A DNA stretch of 64,000 nucleotides, from assembly GCF_902652985.1 (NCBI RefSeq), contig NC_047018.1, positions 25,916,001-25,980,000 of the forward strand, in the 5' to 3' direction. Source of the DNA: Pecten maximus. Lineage: Eukaryota. A model generated the notes under the pieces. It made no database searches. It worked only from the letters and a program-made list of their open reading frames with translations, and was not told the origin of the DNA. How positions within the stretch are numbered: position 1 is the stretch's first letter; every line of letters starts with the position of its first letter. This document shows positions 50,401-62,400 of the stretch, piece by piece. The position numbers were made by a program, and so were the translations under genes.

Positions 50401-53400
50401 CCCACCATCATCAGATGGTGGGCTATTCAAATCGCCCTGCGTCCGTGGTCCGTCGTCCGTCCGTCCGTCCGTCCGTCCCTCCGTCCGTCCGTCCCTCCGT
50501 CCGTCCGTCCCTCCGTCCGTCCGTAAACAATTCTTGTTATCGCTAATCCTCAGAAAGTACTGAAGGGATCTTTCTCAAATTTCATATGTGGGTTCCCCTT
50601 GGTGCCTAGTTATGCATATTGCATTTTCAGACCAATCGTAAAACAACATGGCCGACAGGCAGCCATCTTGGATTTTGACAATTGAAGTTTGTTATCGCTA
50701 TTTCTGAGAAAGTACTCAAGGGATCTTTCTCAAATTTCATCTGTAGATTCCCCTTGGTGCCTAGTTATGCATATTGCATTTTGAGACCAATCGGAAAACA
50801 ACATGGCCGACAGGCAGCCATCTTAGATTTTGACAATTGAAGTTTGTTATCGCTATTTCTAAGAAAGTACTCAAGGGATCTTTCTGAAATTTCATATGTA
50901 GGTTACCCTTGGTGCCTAGTTATGCATATTGCATTTTGAGGCCAATCGGAAAACAACATGGCCGACAGGCAGCCATCTTGGATTTTGGCAATTGAAGTTT
51001 GTTATCGCTATTTCTGAGAAAGTACTGAAGGGATCTTTCTCAAATTTCATATGTAGATTCCCCTTGGTGCCTAGTTATGCATATTGCATTTTGAGACCAA
51101 TCGGAAAACAACATGGCCGACAGGTAGCCATCTTGGATTTTGTCAATTGAAGTTTGTTATCGCTATTTCTGAGAAAGAACTGAAGGGATCTTTCTCAAAT
51201 TTCATATGTAGGTTTCCCTTGGTGCCTAGTTATGCATATTGCATTTTGAGACCAATCAGAAAACAACATGGCCGACAGGCAGCCATCTTGGATTTTGACA
51301 ATTGAAGTTTGTTATCGCTATTTCTGAGAAAGTACTGAAGGGATCTTTCTCAAATTTCATATGTAGGTTTCCCTTGGTGCCTAGTTATGCATATTGCATT
51401 TTGAGACCTATCAGAAAACAACATGGCCGACAGGCAGCCATCTTGGATTTTGACAATTGAAGTTTGTTATCGCTATTTCTCAGAAAGTGCTGAAGGGATC
51501 TTTCTCAAATTTCATATATAGGTTCCCCTTGGTGCCTAGTTATGCATATTGCATTTTGAGACCTATCAGAAAACAACATGGCCGACAGGCAGCCATCTTG
51601 GATTTTGACAATTGAAGTTTGTTATCGCTATTTCTCAGAAAGTGCTGAAGGGATCTTTCTCAAATTTCATATATAGGTTCCCCTTGGTGCCTAATTATGC
51701 ATATTACATTTTAAGACCTATCAGAAAACAACATGGCCGACAGGCAGCCATCTTAGATTTTGACAATTGAAGTTTGTTATCGCTATTTCTCAGAAAGTAA
51801 TGAAGGGATCTTTCTCAAATTTCATATTTAGGTTCCCCTCGGTGCCTAGTTATGCATATTGCATTTTGAGACTAATCGTAAAACAACATGGCCGACAGGC
51901 AGCCATCTTAGATTTTGACAATTGAAACTTATTATCGCTATTTTTCAGAAAGTACTGAAGGGATCTTTCTCAAATTTCATATGTAGGTTCCCCTTGGTCC
52001 CTGGTGTTGCATTTTGGGACCAATCCAAAAACAACAGACAGCCACTATTGCTAAATCTTTATATATAGGTTCCCCTTGTTTGAAAAGTACTAGAGGGCTG
52101 TTTCTGAATTTACACAGATTAGTAAGACTTAGAGGAAGGGAAAAGTAGAGAAAAGATCAATCTGACATGGAACCTATAAAGATCATTCAATGGTGGGCGC
52201 CAAGATCCCTCTGGGATCTCTTGTCATGTTTTTGTTGTTTGAGATTCTGTGCTCGAATCATTTTTTTTACAAGTGGGAGAGAGTACACTATATTTGTGTT
52301 GTAAGAGATGTTAAGTGACGGTACATGTACGTCAACTGTCCGATACATAAAACATGTATTTACTTACTTGCTCTAGATATTGTACATGTTTTGTTTTTAT
52401 TTTTTCTGTAGTATTTGTTGTAAATGATTCCTACTGTTGAATTGTTTATACTATTATCTGCAGAGGTTATCTCATGCTTGACATGTACAGATTGTACTGG
52501 GAAGGTTTTCACTCTCTCATCAAGATATGTTTTAATTGATGAGGAGAGTTTATACAAATATCACACCACATAATCTAGTCAGACCTATTTCATTTATACA
52601 AAAGGGATGGATATCTTGTAATATTTTTTTTTTCCATTTTGAAATATAACTTGTTTTTGTCAAATTGTTTTCTTTAAAAAGACAACAGTGGAACCTCCAG
52701 GTGATAAGGTTGTTGGAGAAGGTGTTAGCCTACCAATATCTAGTCATAAGCAACGCCAGAAAAAGTTGATGGAGGAAAGAAATCAAGAATATAATGCTAT
52801 TCTAGCACAGGTATACCTGCACAGATTATGGATTTTTTTTGTCTTTGTGAGTAGAACATTTGTAATACCAAAGTGTGTTTTTGTCAGTAAGAATATATGT
52901 TCTTTTGGCTAGTAGAGATATATTTTCTTTTCAAATTCAAAGATAGAAGTTGCTTAGTAATCCACAAAACAACTACAACAGTATTAGCATTCATGTTTTT
53001 AATATCCTTCAATGCTTAAATTGAAATAAATTGAAATAAATTTTTGCTCCGTCTGATATTTTTAGCCCACCATCATCAGATGGTGAGCTATTCAAATCGC
53101 CCTGCGTCCGTGGTCCGTCGTCCGTCCGTCCGTCCCTCCGTCCGTCCGTCCCTCCGTCCGTCCGTCCGTCCGTAAACAATTCTTGTTATCGCTAATCCTC
53201 AGAGAGTACTGAAGGGATCTTTCCCAAATTTCATATGTGGGTTCCCCTTGGTGCCTAGTTATGCATATTGCATTTTGAGACCAATCGGAAAACAACATGG
53301 CCGACAGGCAGCCATCTTGGATTTTGACAATTGAAGTTTGTTATCGCTATTTCTGAGAAAGTACTGAAGGGATCTTTCTCAAATTTCATATGTCGGCTTC

Positions 53401-56400
53401 CCTTGGTGCCTAGTTATGCATATTGCATTTTGAGACCAATCGGAAAACAACATGGCCGACAGGCAGCCATCTTGGATTTTGATAATTGAAGTTTGTTATC
53501 GCTATTTCTGAGAAAGTACTGAAGGGATCTTTCTCAAATTTCATATGTAGGCTTCCCTTGGTGCCTAGTTATGCATATTGCATTTTGAGACCAATCGGAA
53601 AACAACATGGCCGACAGGCAGCCATCTTGGATTTTGATAATTGAAGTTTGTTATCGCTATTTCTGAGAAAGAACTGAAGGGATCTTTCTCAAATTTCATA
53701 TGTAGGTTCCCCTTGGTGCCTAGTTATGCATATTGCATTTTGAGACCAATCGCAAAACAACATGGCCGACAGGCAGCCATCTTGGATTTTGACAATTGAA
53801 GTTTGTTATCGCTATTTCTGATAAAGTACTGAAGGGATCTTTCTCAAATTTCATATGTAGGTTCCTCTTGGTGCCTAGTTATGCATATTGCATTTTGAGA
53901 CCAATCGAAAAACAACATGGCCGACAGGCAGCCATCTTGGATTTTGACAATTGAAGTTTGTTATCGCTATTTCTGAGAAAGTACTGAAGGGATCTTTCTC
54001 AAATTTCATATGTAGATTCCCCTTGGTGCCTAGTTATGCATATTGCATTTTGAGACCAATCGGAAAACAACATGGCCGACAGGCAGCCATCTTGGATTTT
54101 GACAATTGAAGTTTGTTATCGCTATTTCTCAGAAACTTATGAAGGGATCTTTCTGAAATTTCATATAAAGGTTCCTCTTGGTGCCTAGTTATGCATATTG
54201 CGTTTTGAGACCAATTGGAAAACAACATGGCCGACAGGCAGCCATCTTGGATTTTGACAATTGAAGTTTGTTATCGCTATTTCTCAGATACTTATGAAGG
54301 GATCTTTCTGAAATTTCATATGTAGGTTTCCCTCGGTGCCTAGTTATGCATATTGCATTTTGAGACTAATCTGAAAACAACATGGCCGACAGGCAGCCAT
54401 CTTGGATTTTGACAATTGAAGTTTGTTATCGCTATTTCTCAGAAAGTACTGAAGGGATCTTTCTGAAATTTCATATGTAGGTTCCCCTCTGTGCCTAGTT
54501 ATGCATATTGCATTTTGAGACTATTCGGAAAACAACATGGCCGACAGGCAGTCATCTTGGATTTTGACAATTGAAGTTTGTTATCGCTATTTCTCAGAAA
54601 GTACTGAAGGGATCTTTCTCAAATTTCATATGTAGGTTCCTCTTGGTGCCTAGTTATGCATATTGCATTTTGAGACCAATCGAAAAACAACATGGCCGAC
54701 AGGCAGCCATCTTGGATTTTGACAATTGAAGATTGTTATCGCTATTTATCAGAAATTGCTGAAAGGATCTTTCTGAATTTCATTTGTAGGTTGCCCTCTG
54801 TGTCTAGTTATACATATTGGATTTTGAGACCAGTCAGAAAACAACCTGGCTGACAGGCAGCCATCTTGTATTTTGAAAATTGAAGTTTGTTATCGCTATT
54901 GTACAGAAGGTACTGAAGGGATCTTTCTCAAATTTCATATGTAGGTTCCCCTTGGTCCCTGGTATTGCATTTTGGGACCAATCGGAAAACAACATGGCCG
55001 ACAGACAGCCATTATGGCTAAATCTTAAATTTTATATATAGGTTCCCCTTGTTTGAAAAGTACTAGATCTAGAGGGCTGTTTCTGAATTTACACAGATTA
55101 GTAAGACTTAGAAGAAGGGAAAAGTAGAGAAAAGATCAATCTGACATGGAACCTATAAAGATCATTCAATGGTGGGCGCCAAGATCCCTCTGGGATCTCT
55201 TGTTAAGGATGACATGGCCTTGACAGACAATTGTTTTACTATCACATTTATATACAAAAGGGCATGTCTAGCATTAAGACCACCACATCTAAATTCCTTT
55301 TTTATTCTCCTGCAATGAGACATGCTACTGAGTTTTGGTCAGAAATTATATATTAGCCACATTCAGCATGAAACGACAATGTAGAGAATATCAGATAATA
55401 GATGTTCTATACCAGGGTCATATATATTCCAGTTTTTCCAAATTAAAAATCAATTTTGCTTTATCAAAGATATAAATTTGATTTTTTTTTTATTTAATAC
55501 ATATATTACCAATATTTACTGAGTAATTTACAATTTTCATTATTCATTAAAATCTATTTCTAAATGATAACATCAGGACAATAAAAAGAGCAGAACCAAC
55601 CCACAATATTCAGGGGAGGGGTTCAGTCTGAGGATCTCAAGTCACAAACAACGGAAAAAACAGCTGCAGGAGGAGAGAAATATAGAGTATAATGAAATGA
55701 TTACACAGGTATCTTTGCACTTTTATTGTGAAATTCTTTTCGTTCATATTTTCAAGGCAGCATTAATAAGCTGTATTCCAACTTTGAGTAATATTACTAC
55801 TAGGAAACTATCATGATTGATAAGAATGGAGCATTTTAAGGAAACTATGCCAGAAAGAATCTGACATGACAGGGATGAGACTAAATAACTCAGACTAAAG
55901 TCATAAACAGAAGAGAAGACAAATGATGAAGGACAGAAAGATAGCAAAATTATTGTTTGAAATGTGCTTTAGACAATCATACCGATTTAAAAGAATGTTT
56001 ATGATCATTATCATTGAATTTGTATGTGGTAGGAGGTTTATATCATAAAGCTTAAATCAGTGCTAATGTCTGTGTGTATTTGATAGTTTGATCTAAATAT
56101 CATACACACATATAGGATACCAAATCATAAATATCATACACACATATAGGATACCAAATCACAGGCTGGTAGGAAAATTGCCATGTCTGGGGAGGGGTTG
56201 AGTCTTCATATCTCAGACTCTGGTCATAAACAACGGAAAAAACAAATAGAAGAGGAGAGGAAAAAAGAATATAATGAAATGGTCGCCAAGGTACAAATGC
56301 ACTTTTTGTTTTGTTTATTTAGATTTTGTTTCTCTATATACAAATTTTAATCTAAGTATCCAGGGATAAAGAAAAAATTCTTAAATTTAAATATTTCATG

Positions 56401-59400
56401 ATAATAGTTGTAACGTACATTCTCGAAATATTGTTGAAACATGATTTTACATGTACTTTCAATATAATTCTGTAAAAATGGGAAATTCAGAATTTTTAAA
56501 CATGGTTACACGCTTCTATGAATAGGACACAAGGCAGGCCAGTAAGAAAGCCATGATTGTATCTGGGGAGGGGGCGAGTCTACGTATCTCAGACTCTGGT
56601 CACAAACTTAGAAAAAAACAACTGGAGGAGGAAAGGAAAAAAGAGTATAATGAAATGGTTGCCCAGCAGGTACAAATGCACAAATTTAAGATTTTGTAAG
56701 ATTTTTTTTCTAGGACAAATTTTTGTACATACATATTAATATACAAGTGTACTTAGTACGAATGTGATAAAAATACATGTTGTTGTGATATGTGTCGAGG
56801 TATGAATCATAAATGTTTTATGCTAATGACGATACAATTTACATCTCCAAATTTTGTTGAAACATATTACTTTAAAATTCATACATAATTCCACAAATAT
56901 TGTAAGTTTAGAAATTAAGGAGATGGTTACACACTTCTAAAAATAGGACACAAGGCAAACCAGTAAGGAAGCCATGATTGTATCTGGGGAGGGGGCGAGT
57001 CTACGTATCTCAGACTCGGGTCACAAACTGCGGAAAAAACAAATGGAGGAGGAGAGGAAAAAAGAGTATAATGAAATGGTCGCCAAGGTACAAATGCACA
57101 AATTTGTTGTTGTGTTGTTTTTTTTTAAACTTTTGTGTAATTTTTGATATATTTTTGTCATAGTTTAAGGTGTGTAATTACTGAGTCTTTTAATTATCTT
57201 TCATTTAAAATCACTTCAGATCTACAAAGTGTATGATTAAGCTGTAAATACTGAATCAACTTGAGTTATTTTTGAATTTCTTCGAAATTCAATATTCTAG
57301 CTTAATGTTCAGTCCAAAAAGAAAGATGGAGATGATTTGGTGGGGAATGCTATAAGTTTACAACTGTCTGGCCATGAAGGTCAACGCCAGCAACTAAAGG
57401 AAGCTGTGAAGAAAGAGTACAATGATATGCTGGTTCAGGTACTTATAGTCTTAGCTTTTCTGTTGAGATCAGCAATTTAACCAATTTTAAACATTCCTTT
57501 CCTATTTTATAATACCCACCAAATGTTCCCAGCAAGCAAAAACTAATATTTTTATATGAAAAGTAACATTTTTATCAACCATTTGTGAAAGTTTTCTTCC
57601 AGAAAATGACATTTTGATTAGCTTTTAGTAGTAAAATATATATTATGTGAATAGAAACACTTTTTTATATTGAAATTCAATTAGCTGAAAATTCCTTCAT
57701 GATCTCAAAGGTTATGAATTGAAGTAGAGTGCAATGGTGTATATTGTTGGGAGTGTAAATAGGTGTACTCAAACATTTACTGAAGTTTAATTGTTTAAAA
57801 ATTCTATAAATTACCAACAGTATAGTCACAAACCTTTGTAGTTTTAGTAGGTTTTGACCCTGTATCACAGATTTTCTGTACTAGACATGAAAAAACATTC
57901 AATTATCCATCAACATAACCAAGTAGTTAGTATTTCTAAATCTTCGATTTTTTTGGTAGTTTATAACAGTATATTTAGATTATATTACTTGGTATATTGG
58001 TTTTGTCGTATATTTATTATTTGAAGTGATTGTGATATTCTCCTACATGACCATGGTTTGTACAAGTAGACTACGTACCTCTAGAGTAGCCATGTAAGGT
58101 CAGTATAGAACTAAAAGTACTCTGGCAAGTAGACATGTTGTCTTTATTTTAGCAAGGAATCAAGGTATTAGACAAGGACAACAAGAGTGCTCTTCAAGGG
58201 GAGGCAATCAGTCTGCCTCTGTCAGCCCACGAGGAGAAGCGTCATCAGATGATAAAAGACAGACAAAAGGAGTACAACAATATGTTAGCCAAGGTACTAT
58301 AGTACAGTCATACAGTACAGTCATTATGTCTGTGGTGATCCAAAGGTACTACAGTACCGTCATTATGTCTGTGGTGATCCAAAGGTACTACAGTACTGTC
58401 ATTATGTTGGTGGTGATCCAAAGGTACTACAGTACTGTCATTATGTCGGTGGTGATCCAAAGGTACTACAGTACTGTCATTATGTCGGTGGTGATCCAAA
58501 GGTACTACAGTACTGTCATCATGTTGGTGGTGATCCAAAGGTACTACAGTACCGTCATTATGTCGGTGGTGATCCAAAGGTACTATAGTACTGTCATTAT
58601 GTCGGTGGTGATCCAAAGGTACTACAGTACCGTCATTATGTCGGTGGTGATCCAAAGGTACTATAGTACTGTCATTATGTCGGTGGTGATCCAAAGGTAC
58701 TACAGTACTGTCATTATGTCGGTGGTGATCCAAAGGTACTACAGTACTGTCATTATGTCTGTGGTGATCCAGTACCAGTATAAAATGTAGTTTAATCTCC
58801 CTCAACCTTAGTTTGATATTATAATTCTGTACAGTGGACCCGCGATAATCCGGACGCCGATAGTCCGGAAAACTCGCAGTCCGGACGGAATAGCACGGGA
58901 ACGGATTTCCGTAACGTTATTTGTACTCACCAGTCCGGAAATTCGGTTTCCGATTCCGGAAGCCCATTTTGGGAACGGAAAGTACTTTTCATTAGTAAAT
59001 TTCCCCCGATAATCCGGACGATTTTTTCACCACGAGGAGAGAAAAATGTCGGGCAAGTCACCCGTGTCGACAGCTGTACAGACTATCGCTTGACACTGTG
59101 CGTAGTCATAGCGACCGCTGCCAGGTCATAGCCCCGGGTGTTTACCTGTGTTACAATGTAGCTCTGTTTTTATAACGGTACATTGCTTTTCTTTACGATC
59201 GACCTAAATGCTTCAGTATTAAAGGGTTTTATAGTGTAGACTGGTCTTGCTTTTATCAACTTGACGTACAATATCTATTATAGTTATTTTACATAGTGCT
59301 ATTTCGTAGTTAGCAATAATTAATTCACTAACATACAGTATGTGATACGATACTTAATCAATCACAAATGCATGTAATAAATTTATTATCGGTAATTAAC

Positions 59401-62400
59401 ATCACTAACAATTGTATTGGGTAAACAAGGATATCGGCTTGTAACACCGTTACGTGTAATGACGACTCATTGAAAGATGCATGTTATTAATTACACACAT
59501 GGTACATTTACCGGGTCTTTCATTTCAGGTTCATAATTTACGTAAAAAAACGTACATTGTACATAGTGGGTCTTTCATTTCAGGTATTTAACGTATGTAA
59601 TTTCTACTCGTTTGTGAACCTCTGGGACGTAACCCATGTGTGTTGTTTGTAGGTTACATATGTCCACTATAAATAAAACAACTTTCACTTCACATGTTCT
59701 TTTAAAAACATTGTTTATTTTTTAGTTTCTACAAAATAAAAGAAAACAAGAATCATATCAAGAACATAAGTATATTTATTTTTTAAAAAGACTGACAATT
59801 AGACGTGTTTATGAAACGTCATTAAAACGTCCCGTATTGTATAGAGTCAAGGGAGATAACTCTTACACAACAATTTTTTTTGACCTGGTAGACGGAATTC
59901 GGTAGTCCGGAAAACTCGTAATCCGGACGGTTTGGGCTGGGAACGAAGGTGTTCGGATTATCGAGGGTCCACTGTATATGTACAGTTATAATATGAAAAT
60001 ATATTTGAAAACCTCATCTGTTACTTTCTATGTGACCATGGTAGAAATGGATCTCTGAGGTTTTTATGTAGTGTTTGATACATCTCTGTTGTGTGTAGAT
60101 GAATGTACATATCCATCAGGTGATACTGTTTTCCCCTCTAAACCACACATTCTTTTCTCTTACTCCTGTAAATACCTGTATATATAACTGTGAACATGCA
60201 AGGTCATCTACTTTCACCAATTGCAACCTATAAATCTATTTATTAAGAACTACTGTTTATTTATACAAGATAAGGAGGCTTGTATGCATGTTTGTCTAAA
60301 CAACTAGATTTACCATTTTTATTTGTCATCTTTCTTAAAATCCTAGAAAGAGTCACAAAGTCAACCAAAACAGAGATCCATTGTTGATGGGGAAGACAAA
60401 AGTCTGCCATTGTCTTATAACCAACATAAACAATTACCACAGGCGAGAAAACCTGAAAACATAGACACCAAGGTACAACACAGTATACTCTGTAGTTATA
60501 GACACGCATACAGATTTTTTTATCTCATTTTCTCCATTTCAATTATTCAATTCTTAAATATTTTTTTTCATATTAACATCAGTTTGGTACTTTGAGTAGT
60601 TATTGTATTTTCAGATTTGAGTTTTCCTGAATTTTACAATTTATTAAAACATTTATTTCATATCATATACGATAATTTCTGAGCCATTGTTGTTTTAATT
60701 TTTTTATCTGCAAAGCAATTTTCAGGTTTTAATTAACTATTCATGGATCATGGCCATACTTGCATAATTTATTATTTTTATTTAAAAACCTTGAAGAAAG
60801 CGTCTGACAAATCTGGCCGTAATCCTCTTGAAGGAGAGGCCATAAGTCTCCCGATATCTGGCCACGAGAAGGAGCGGCGACGGTTGATGGAGGAGAGGCG
60901 ACGTGAATACAATGAAATGATCGGCCAGGTATCTGGCATTTTATGTTGATGTATATTTAATGTTTTTGTTAAAGTTTGGTTGATAAGCAAAAACCATGCA
61001 GACAATAAGTACTAGGTACTGTTCCTAAAAGCATTAAGTACGGTAATTGTTGCGTGAGTCAGTGAGATTTTCTTTTTTTTCTCATCAATGCAGATATTGT
61101 GTTTCTTTTACATCGTATTTACTTACTATGTAAAAACTAAGTCCTGTTTGGAATATGCATTTCTATGGGCTAAATTCTTTATGTTAACACCTTATAAGAA
61201 ATTGTCATTGTTTGTTACCAGTATTATTATAATACATTGATTGCCTAGTGAAGCTTTAGGTCTTAATTCTCATATGAAATTCATACTTTAACCCATTTTG
61301 TAGCATAAGTCGAAAAAACCAAACCAAAAAGGAACAAAATCAACTTGGGTCCCAGAAGAGCGTGAGTCACATGACCCAAGTAATAATGACATTAGGTCTG
61401 ACCTGAAGCACCAAGACTTTACTCAGGTACTGAGACTTGTCATTATGGTCTCAAATATCAATTCCTCTTGTCATTACGGTCTCAAATATCAATTCCTCTT
61501 GTCATTATGGTCTCAAATATCAATTCCTCTTGTCATTACAGTCTCATCATATATCAATTCTGCTGTTTAAATGTACATATCAAATATTCTAATTCACAAA
61601 TTTTATGGTTCAAAATTTTAATTCTATAACATATTGACAACCCTGTTATTTGATAATTGGGTATTCTTGTGCTAGCCTGCTATTTTACTGACAGGGTAAA
61701 AACATTTCTTATTTCTCATGTTGATCTGGTTTCTATTTCTGTAGCAATATGATAGCGATCTTGAAGGAAGGGAGACAACTGATTTTGAAAGAAAGCAACA
61801 AGAGCTAAATAGATTACTTAAGGTATACATATACCTGCACATATACCTAAATTAAATCTATAATCATACGCATTTTTTAGATTTTTTAAAACTTTTTCTT
61901 CATATTTCTTTTTTGTAGTCAGTGTATATTATTATTATTATTATGAAAAAATAGTATATTATACATTTTATGCAACATACATGTAAGTTGTATAGTGATC
62001 AGCATTGTGAATTAACACAGTACTAAGTACATAGTAATGTAGCCTAGAAGTTTTATGTATACAATGTATATTTATTGTTTTGCTATTTACATTTGTTATT
62101 TTGCTATTTACATTTGTTATTAGGTAATAATTAAGTAATGTTAGAATGTTTAAATTAATAGCTAAAACTAATTACACATTGCATTACAGCTATTGTTACA
62201 AGATACACAGCACATTATATAACTGCACATTTTTTTTTTTAATTAAGGAATCGTGGCGAGTCTGACCAGTGTCCGAGTTGGTTGTGGCGTCAATACTTGT
62301 ATAATATGTGATTTTATCATAAGACGCCAATCACTCTCTACAAAGGTCTCAAAATGATTCCACAACCCTAGATCCTTACAATCTGTACATGTAATACAAT

